Source of the DNA: Candidatus Thorarchaeota archaeon
Lineage (GTDB): Archaea > Asgardarchaeota > Thorarchaeia > Thorarchaeales > Thorarchaeaceae
Direction: 5' to 3'
DNA: 10,981 nt
Assembly (NCBI GenBank): GCA_003345555.1
Contig: PRDJ01000062.1
Span: forward strand, 1 to 10,981
Positions 1-5,991 of this stretch are shown here, in pieces. Numbering within the stretch: position 1 is the stretch's first letter; each line of letters begins with the position of its first letter. The notes beneath the pieces were generated by a model. It did no database searches, had not been told where the DNA came from, and saw only the letters and a list, made by a program, of their open reading frames with translations. The position numbers were made by a program, and so were the translations under genes.

Positions 1-2142
1 AATAGCGCAGACCCAGATGTCGCATATACTCTCGCAGGCATCGATGCTGAGGTTGCCGGAGTGAATGCCTTCATCAACTCAATGACGAGCATAACGACAC
101 CCTTTGAGTTCAAGGTTCTGGGATTCAAGCCACAACCTTGGACCCGCCTAGATGTTTTCATCTGGGCCAAGATGATGACATGGGGTCTTTCGGGCGGCAT
201 CTATGACTTGTACAGACAATGGATTAGAAGCACGATTGACAACGATACGATGTATAACGAGCTCTTTCCTGATGTCATGCCCTACGAAGTGCCGATAGTT
301 CCCGAACAGACGAATCTCAGCCTTGTAGAATATCCTAATGCCCCTGGAGGAGTAGTAGTCTCATCATATCCTGGAGAATCAGCTGTGCAGATATCTGCTG
401 AAGAGGCTATGATACCACAAGCGAAACTGCAGGCCCTGATGTCATTGCTCGCAGATGTATTCCAGCCTCTCGGTCAGGATGAGATTCTTGGCAGCAACAA
501 CTGGGCGGTTGCCAGCTCGAAGTCTGCAACTGGAATGCCGATACTGGCAAATGACCCTCACCTGGGGCTTCAAGCTCCTTCTCTGTGGTATGAAGCACAG
601 ATTGTCGTACCGGGTCAGCTTGACGTCACGGGTGTCACCTTGCCTGGTCTTCCTGCAGTGCTCCTTGGACACAATGACCACATTGCGTGGGGCTTCACCA
701 ATGTCGGTGCCGATGTCTTGGATATCTTCGTAGAAGAACTCAACCCATCTAATGCATCTGAGTACACGTATAATGGTGCTTACAGATCATTGGCTGTATA
801 CGACGAGAACATCCATACCAAGGAAGGCACTGACATTCCGTTTCAGGTCAAGGAGTCAGTCCACGGTCCTCTCATCGATTCTGCGGTAGGTACTTACGGA
901 CTGGACAGCGAAAGTCAGCCAAACATCGCCATGAATTGGACGGGATATGGAATAACGCACGAAATCCTATCGGCTGGAAAGCTCAATCGTGCAGTCAACT
1001 TGACGGAGTATTACGATGCACTCTACTGGTGGGACAGTCCTCCCCAGAACATCATATACGCTGACGATGCAGGGCACATCGCCATAACCTGTGCCGGACT
1101 ATATCCAATCAGGTCAGGATACACTGGCGAGTACCCAGTGGCGGCCTACAATGATTCGATTGGGATGACAAGCTACATTCCGTATGCATACATACCTCGT
1201 TCCGTAGACCCTGTCCAGGGATACCTACAGTCTGCCAACCAGAGATCGATAGACACCGCGAAGTACGGATTCCAATTGTTGGGGCCATTCGACGATGGCT
1301 ATCGTGGTCGCCGCATTGACTACCTGCTCAACCACACGGCCAGTGTTACAGTAGATGACATGAAGATGTTCCAAGCAGACTCGCTGGAAGTGAGTGCCCA
1401 GGAGATTGTTCCATACGTCGTAGCCGCTTGGGACTCGGCGGGAGACGGCAACGGCACCATAAACGGAATCATGAATCCGCTTCGAACTTGGGACTACGTG
1501 ATGGATACTGACGTGTACACTCCAACACTATGGATGTATCTCGAAGACGCAATCCATTATGTAGTTCTCGACGAGCTACGATCCATAGACTCATCACTTC
1601 TCCTGTCTCGTACGCCGATACTGGAGATGATAATCAAGGAAAACTACAGCTACTACCTTGACGACCACACCACAACCGGACAAGTAGAGAACCGCGATCA
1701 AATCCTTGCAAGTGCTCTTGTTCGAGCAATCAACGAGATGGTTCAGGAATACGGTACGGATCCATCGAACTGGATTTACGGTGTGCACCACAGAGTCTAT
1801 GTGGATCACCTAGCGGACTTCACCTACATAGGCGGGGGACCCCAACGCGGGCAGAACACGTTGAATGCCGCTGGTGGATGGAGGGTCACTCACGGACCGT
1901 CTTGGCGGATGGTAGCAGACCTTGGCAACATCCAGAAGTCATACGGAGTCTATCCAGGCGGACAGAGCGGGAACATGTTCAGCCCCCACTGGGATGATCT
2001 GTTCAAGCTCTGGTATGCTTTCAACGAGACTACACAGCAATACGGATATCATCAGATGTATTTCTACTCTACCGCAGCTGCGTTTCAAGCAGCTGATACA
2101 TCTGGGACAATGGTCGAAAGAACCATCACCTTCGTTGGCTAG
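1..2142 (+). CDS. Penicillin acylase family protein (Ntn hydrolase, peptidase S45), 5' end outside the window
   Basis: Frame is open from base 1 (NSADPDVAYTLAGIDAEVAGV...), so the ORF-track GTG at 61 is not the real start. Beta-subunit N-terminus G|SNNWAV with nucleophile Ser at 493-495, then ANDPHL, APSLWYE, GVTLPGLP, GHNDHIAWGFTN, ESVHGP, PPQNIIYAD, SANQR and PGGQSGN. Beta chain would be 549 aa. TAG stop at 2140-2142. Confidence 0.95.
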   Translation, partial: NSADPDVAYTLAGIDAEVAGVNAFINSMTSITTPFEFKVLGFKPQPWTRLDVFIWAKMMTWGLSGGIYDLYRQWIRSTIDNDTMYNELFPDVMPYEVPIVPEQTNLSLVEYPNAPGGVVVSSYPGESAVQISAEEAMIPQAKLQALMSLLADVFQPLGQDEILGSNNWAVASSKSATGMPILANDPHLGLQAPSLWYEAQIVVPGQLDVTGVTLPGLPAVLLGHNDHIAWGFTNVGADVLDIFVEELNPSNASEYTYNGAYRSLAVYDENIHTKEGTDIPFQVKESVHGPLIDSAVGTYGLDSESQPNIAMNWTGYGITHEILSAGKLNRAVNLTEYYDALYWWDSPPQNIIYADDAGHIAITCAGLYPIRSGYTGEYPVAAYNDSIGMTSYIPYAYIPRSVDPVQGYLQSANQRSIDTAKYGFQLLGPFDDGYRGRRIDYLLNHTASVTVDDMKMFQADSLEVSAQEIVPYVVAAWDSAGDGNGTINGIMNPLRTWDYVMDTDVYTPTLWMYLEDAIHYVVLDELRSIDSSLLLSRTPILEMIIKENYSYYLDDHTTTGQVENRDQILASALVRAINEMVQEYGTDPSNWIYGVHHRVYVDHLADFTYIGGGPQRGQNTLNAAGGWRVTHGPSWRMVADLGNIQKSYGVYPGGQSGNMFSPHWDDLFKLWYAFNETTQQYGYHQMYFYSTAAAFQAADTSGTMVERTITFVG

Positions 2143-2146
2143 GAGG
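2141..2146 (+). promoter_or_regulatory. Shine-Dalgarno site AGGAGG for the 2154 ORF, overlapping the acylase stop codon
   Basis: TAGGAGGCGCGATAATG: AGGAGG lies 7 nt before the ATG at 2154. Confidence 0.75.
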
Positions 2147-2153
2147 CGCGATA

Positions 2154-2570
2154 ATGAGAAAAATCGATGACATAATTCCTGACATCGGATTCATTCCGGC
2201 GCTCATCATTGTTGTAGTTCTGGCAATCGCGCTTGAGCTGAGCGGAGCATGGATAACCATGATAATCGCAGGGGTGTTCGGGGGTCTGTTCACGAGGAAG
2301 ACTTCTCGCGCGTTTCTAGCTGGATTCCTTGGAGTCGGGCTCGGATGGGGATTGCTCCTCTTCTACCTATCACTGACAGCGGAAGCCATGGCCATCGCGA
2401 ACATATTCATAGGATTATTGGGCCTATCCGGCATGGGCTGGCTTGTGATAGTCGTGAGCGTCCTCATTGGGGCACTCCTCGGAGGCTTCGGTGGTCTCCT
2501 AGGGAGGTCTCTAGTCGAGTTCATTGACGATTTGTCAAGCAAGCGCCCTGTTCCAACGCCTCAAAGTTAG
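2154..2570 (+). CDS. Hypothetical Gly-rich integral membrane protein (about 4 TM, 138 aa)
   Basis: Strong SD site, 11 nt gap after the acylase stop, and four long hydrophobic Gly-rich segments (GVFGGLF, GFLGVGLGWG, GLLGLSGMG, GALLGGFGGLLG). Confidence 0.85.
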   Translation: MRKIDDIIPDIGFIPALIIVVVLAIALELSGAWITMIIAGVFGGLFTRKTSRAFLAGFLGVGLGWGLLLFYLSLTAEAMAIANIFIGLLGLSGMGWLVIVVSVLIGALLGGFGGLLGRSLVEFIDDLSSKRPVPTPQS

Positions 2571-3206
2571 CATCGACCGCTGCGATACAGCCGGAGGCTT
2601 CACAGTCTCCGGCCTTCTTTTTCCTGCACGTTCAGACCGATCTGTTCCATGCCGAGACCGAAGTCTTATGAATCTCACAACCGATGTGATGACCAAGGCG
2701 AAAAGCACGGCGGCCGAAGTCATCAGAACTAGGCCAACCGGAGTCAACGAAGCAACCTGATTGACTGATACCTCAAGATGCTTGCGAAAGATAGAATCAC
2801 TATAGCATATAATGTACCACAGGCCGGCCCCGGGTACTTCTGTTCTCCAAGAGAAACTGGACACATGATCCCCGCGCACAATGGCTGCCGGTTCTTTTCC
2901 GCTCAGCCAAAGACTGTAGTTCGTCTGATTACAGACTAGAACGTTTACACCTTGAATCAACCAGATATCATACTTCGTTTGGTCGCCCGGGAAAAGGTCA
3001 CCATCTTGTTTGACTACAAGCTCGCCGTAGAGGATATCGTGAGCATTACAATCGAATGTATACTGATTCGATGACCAAGCCTCCAGCCAGAAATCTTGGA
3101 GCCCCGTCGAAGCAGACCCCGGCCTAACGAATAGACCCTGAATCGCAAACAACAGAATGAAAGCGGAAACGAAAACCACAAGCTGCGACTGTCGCTCATT
3201 CTGCAT
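2535..3206 (-). CDS. Hypothetical type I membrane protein (signal peptide, beta-rich ectodomain, C-terminal TM, basic tail), possibly GOLD/p24-like
   Basis: SD GAGGT 8 nt upstream of the ATG. N-terminal hydrophobic stretch LVVFVSAFILLFAIQGLFV followed by GSA|S, ectodomain with VNVLVCNQTNYSLWLSG and GLWYIICYS, TM LTPVGLVLMTSAAVLFALVITSVV, then RFIRLRSR. The family call is from pattern recall only. Confidence 0.8.
   Translation of the reverse strand: MQNERQSQLVVFVSAFILLFAIQGLFVRPGSASTGLQDFWLEAWSSNQYTFDCNAHDILYGELVVKQDGDLFPGDQTKYDIWLIQGVNVLVCNQTNYSLWLSGKEPAAIVRGDHVSSFSWRTEVPGAGLWYIICYSDSIFRKHLEVSVNQVASLTPVGLVLMTSAAVLFALVITSVVRFIRLRSRHGTDRSERAGKRRPETVKPPAVSQRSMLTLRRWNRALA
2590..2622 (+). terminator. 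Intrinsic-terminator-like hairpin followed by a T-tract
   Basis: GCCGGAGGCT-TCAC-AGTCTCCGGC forms a 10-bp stem (one G.U, 2590-2613), followed by CTTCTTTTT (2614-2622), starting 20 nt after the 2570 stop. Confidence 0.65.
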
Positions 3207-3423
3207 TTCCGGGAACCTCTCAACCGCTGGTCAATACACGGTGGCAATGCACGCACATATGTCTTGTTCAGCTGAGGCAATACCGTCTTGGTCACGACAT
3301 CTGAGGAGGGCTACTTTGTATTCTCTCTAGTTTATGCCTCAAGACCTTTTCCTTGTTGCGTCACTATATGGAATGGCTTTTTAGTCGGTCTTCGACAGTG
3401 CATTCATTTCCTGGGTGAACACT

Positions 3424-4608
3424 ATGCATCGAGAAATCGCCAAGGGTGTTTACTATGTTGGAGTAGACGACCATCACACCGAATTGTTCGAGAACCTCTG
3501 GGCTCTACCGCATGGCGTCTCCTACAATAGCTACCTGATAGTTGACGAGAAAGTCGCATTGATAGAATGTGTAAAGGAACCTTGGTCTGCAGAGTGGCTG
3601 GCCAATATTCGCGAGATTGTCGATCCGTCAAAGATTGACTACGTGATAATCAATCACATGGAACCGGACCATACGGGTGCACTGCCGGACTTGGCCAAGG
3701 TCGCAAAGAAAGCCGTGATGGTTTACACGTACAAGGCTTCCGACATGCAGAAGTCGTTCTACAATGTGCCTTTGCGTGAGAAGATAGTGGAGGATCTGGA
3801 AGAGCTCTCGCTTGGTAGTAGGACGCTCAGGTTCATTCACGCACAGTTTCTGCATTGGCCTGAGACAATGATGACTTACGATACGCAGGAATGTGTCTTG
3901 TTCTCTTGTGATGCCTTCGGTTCGTTTGGGGCGCTCAATGGAAGCCACTTCGACGATGAGATCGACATGAGGATGGTTGAATCAGAAAGCAGACGATACC
4001 TGTCAGCGATTATCACGAGCTATCTGAAATTTATACGGCAGGGCATTGCGAAGATCAAAGGACTGAACTTGGAGCTCAAGTTGGTTGCACCGAGTCACGG
4101 ACCCATCTATCGCAGGAATCCGATGTGGATTGTTGACCACTACCTAGAATGGAGCAGTCCAGATCTCGAGAAGAACTGCATCATAATCTATGGAAGCATG
4201 TACGGCTTCACATACAGGATTGCCATGATGCTGAAGAAACAGCTCGCAGAGTTGGGTGTAGAAGTCAAGACTCACAATGTATCCTACTCAGAGATGAGCA
4301 GAATCATAACCGACACAATGAGGGCTGGAGTCATCGTGTTTGGCTCACCGACCTACGACGCTTTTCCCTTCCCTAGAATCCAGACAGTGATTGACGAGAT
4401 GGAGACCAAGCGATTTGCCAAACGTCCCATCGGCCTTTTTGGCACTTATGGTTGGGGGGGCGGCGGCATCAAGAAACTCCAGGAACAACTGGAGGGATTG
4501 GGATTCAGTATTCTCGACCCTGTTATCAGCGTGCATGGCCAACCAACTCCGCAAGAAGTCGGAAACTGCAGGAGACTCGCGCAGGTCATCGCGGATCTTA
4601 TCAGATAG
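3424..4608 (+). CDS. fprA: Flavodiiron protein, FprA family (metallo-beta-lactamase domain plus flavodoxin domain), O2/NO reductase
   Basis: Diiron ligands NHMEPDH, HWPETM, SCDAFG and PSHGP; flavodoxin motifs YGSMYGFT, FGSPTY and FGTYGWGGG. ATG 3424 is preferred over GTG 3415 because GGGTGA (3413-3418) is positioned as its SD site. 394 aa. Confidence 0.95.
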   Translation: MHREIAKGVYYVGVDDHHTELFENLWALPHGVSYNSYLIVDEKVALIECVKEPWSAEWLANIREIVDPSKIDYVIINHMEPDHTGALPDLAKVAKKAVMVYTYKASDMQKSFYNVPLREKIVEDLEELSLGSRTLRFIHAQFLHWPETMMTYDTQECVLFSCDAFGSFGALNGSHFDDEIDMRMVESESRRYLSAIITSYLKFIRQGIAKIKGLNLELKLVAPSHGPIYRRNPMWIVDHYLEWSSPDLEKNCIIIYGSMYGFTYRIAMMLKKQLAELGVEVKTHNVSYSEMSRIITDTMRAGVIVFGSPTYDAFPFPRIQTVIDEMETKRFAKRPIGLFGTYGWGGGGIKKLQEQLEGLGFSILDPVISVHGQPTPQEVGNCRRLAQVIADLIR

Positions 4609-4629
4609 TCACGACCTACTTGCGCCATG

Positions 4630-4667
4630 ATGAGCAAACAGAACGTACCCGATGCTCATACTTAATA
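4630..4667 (+). promoter_or_regulatory. Inverted repeat ATGAGCA-N16-TGCTCAT abutting a TATA-like CTTAATA upstream of rbr
   Basis: Arms at 4630-4636 and 4653-4659; CTTAATA at 4661-4667, about 100 nt before the rbr ATG. Confidence 0.4.
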
Positions 4668-4763
4668 GCAGAGACGGCCGGAAGCTGGAGCATTCTGTCT
4701 CAAAGGTTCTCAGCCTTGCCCTATTCGGCGAGCGTTGGCCTTGAGCAGAAGGAGAGAAACGTT

Positions 4764-5348
4764 ATGGAATTCAAAGGTTCGAAGACTGAGAGAAACCTTG
4801 TTGCTTCCTTTGCCGGTGAGTCTCAGGCTCGCAATCGCTACACTTACTATGCCGACAAAGCGAAGGAAGAGGGCTACATCCAGATATCGGCCGTGTTCGA
4901 AGAGACTGCAAACCAAGAACGAGAGCACGCCGAGAGGTACTTCAAGATTCTCCAAGAGAATAACGCATCTAACGCAGTAAAGGTGGAAGCCGAGTTCCCC
5001 GCCAGACCCCTAGGCAAGACCGAGGAGAATCTGCGAGCGGCGGCAGCAGGAGAGCACTACGAGACTACCTCAATGTATCCGGGCTTTGCTGATATCGCAG
5101 ACAAAGAAGGCTTCTCTAGGATAGCCGCTGTCTGGAGAGCAATTGGTAGGGCAGAGGCATGGCATGAGCAACGTTACACAATACTGGCTGACAATGTGGC
5201 CAAGGGTCGCGTGTTCAAGCGAGAAACCAAGGTCAAGTGGCGTTGCCAGAACTGTGGCTACATCCATGAAGGGTTAACTCCACCGGAGAAGTGCCCTGCC
5301 TGTGACTATCCAAAGAGCTACTACATGATACACAGCGCCGAATTCTAG
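4764..5348 (+). CDS. rbr: Rubrerythrin (ferritin-like diiron domain plus C-terminal rubredoxin-like domain)
   Basis: Typical start MEFKGSKTERNL with SD AAGGAG (4749-4754). Motifs FAGESQARNRY, QEREHA, GEHYE..MYP, AEAWHE, and rubredoxin site CQNC...CPAC. 194 aa. Confidence 0.97.
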   Translation: MEFKGSKTERNLVASFAGESQARNRYTYYADKAKEEGYIQISAVFEETANQEREHAERYFKILQENNASNAVKVEAEFPARPLGKTEENLRAAAAGEHYETTSMYPGFADIADKEGFSRIAAVWRAIGRAEAWHEQRYTILADNVAKGRVFKRETKVKWRCQNCGYIHEGLTPPEKCPACDYPKSYYMIHSAEF

Positions 5349-5363
5349 ACTCGACAGCCAGAC

Positions 5364-5413
5364 AACACCTTGAGCCGCAATATGCTCCCGGACACACACG
5401 GTGTCAAGGTGTT
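5364..5413. repeat. Perfect 10-bp inverted repeat AACACCTTGA-N30-TCAAGGTGTT
   Basis: Arms at 5364-5373 and 5404-5413, starting 16 nt after the rbr stop. Inner CCG/CGG (5375-5377 / 5399-5401) can extend the stem. Confidence 0.6.
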
Positions 5414-5442
5414 TGTACCTGGCAATCCCTGTTCAACTAGAG

Positions 5443-5548
5443 GAGTGGAGGTCCTCAAGGGAGTAATAGGAAAGGGGGTGTCGAGGAAAAGTGGGGTGAT
5501 CTAACGAAAAGCAAATCCTTGTTGAAGCCTCCACTCAAATTACCCCAT
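5443..5548 (+). other. Structured intergenic element (candidate ncRNA or miniature inverted-repeat element)
   Basis: GAGTGGAGG (5443-5451) pairs with CCTCCACTC (5528-5536); CAAGG (5456-5460) pairs with CCTTG (5517-5521); GTGGGGTGAT (5491-5500) can pair with ATTACCCCAT (5539-5548). No known RNA family matched by eye. Confidence 0.3.
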
Positions 5549-5645
5549 CTCCAACCTACATTTCTCTGTGTGTGTTACGTTGCCAACATAATCACAAAAA
5601 CGCGCCGCCCTCCAGCAGACTAGTTGCATGCATCTACACGATTGT

Positions 5646-5927
5646 CTAGTCTCGTCCTCTGGTCTGCGATGCCCTGAGGTACCATTCAGCCGCCGCCAAG
5701 ACGAGCAACACGATTACGGCTCTCCAAAAATCAACTGAGCCCGCGGTCATGTTGGATACAAACCAAGCAGCAAGAAGGATTACAGAGATTGTTATCAACA
5801 ACCTAGCAACGACTCTCAGGACACGACCCTTCGTCACCTTGGCCTTTTCCTTGGTTCCTTCGGCTCGTCCGAACTCGAAGGCTATGTCCACTATCCACCC
5901 TTCTTCAAAGCTGGGGTCTTTCCTCAA
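5646..5927 (-). CDS. Small hypothetical membrane protein (2 TM)
   Basis: 93 aa ORF with two clean hydrophobic helices (LLITISVILLAAWFV and AVIVLLVLAAAEWYL) preceded by a basic stretch. TATA-like CTTAAG about 50 nt upstream and a T5 tract (A5 at 5596-5600 on +) downstream. The TTG start is uncertain; an internal GTG is possible. Confidence 0.6.
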   Translation of the reverse strand: MRKDPSFEEGWIVDIAFEFGRAEGTKEKAKVTKGRVLRVVARLLITISVILLAAWFVSNMTAGSVDFWRAVIVLLVLAAAEWYLRASQTRGRD

Positions 5928-5974
5928 TTGCGGGGGTCCTCTCAGAAAACACGTTCAAAGAGGTAAGAACACGT

Positions 5975-5986
5975 CCTTAAGGTTGT
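5975..5986 (-). promoter_or_regulatory. Putative archaeal promoter core for the 5646-5927 ORF
   Basis: Minus strand reads GACAACCTTAAG; CCTTAAGG at 5975-5982 is itself palindromic. Confidence 0.35.
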
Positions 5987-5991
5987 CTATC

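Noticed and set aside
4671-4694. CCGGAAG...AGCA resembles SRP RNA helix 8
   Set aside because: The CAGG half of the symmetric loop is absent, the spacing is wrong, and the spacer is too short for an archaeal SRP RNA.
4395-4763. The rbr frame stays open far upstream (ORF track 4452-5348), overlapping the fprA 3' end and a G7 run at 4454-4460, suggesting a -1 frameshift FprA-Rbr fusion
   Set aside because: G-GGG-GGC is a poor slippery site and simply encodes the conserved GWGGG loop. A shift would truncate the flavodoxin domain, the extension looks non-protein-like, and rbr has its own SD and canonical start at 4764.
5372-5405. 34-nt segment GAGCCG...ACGGTGTC resembling group II intron domain V
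   Set aside because: The interior cannot form the GNRA-capped upper stem, and there is no domain VI, interrupted gene or reverse transcriptase nearby.
5456-5521. CAAGGGAGTA...GCAAATCCTTG resembles the yybP-ykoY riboswitch P1/L1; GAGGAAAAGT resembles the RNase P GAGGAAAGUCC motif
   Set aside because: No L3 motif and no downstream same-strand gene for a riboswitch. The RNase P P4 partner and other conserved regions are missing.
5349-5645. Possible SECIS element or tRNA in the gap after rbr
   Set aside because: No in-frame TGA in neighbouring genes and no kink-turn quartet. The GTTCAAC segment lacks a valid T-arm stem and cloverleaf.
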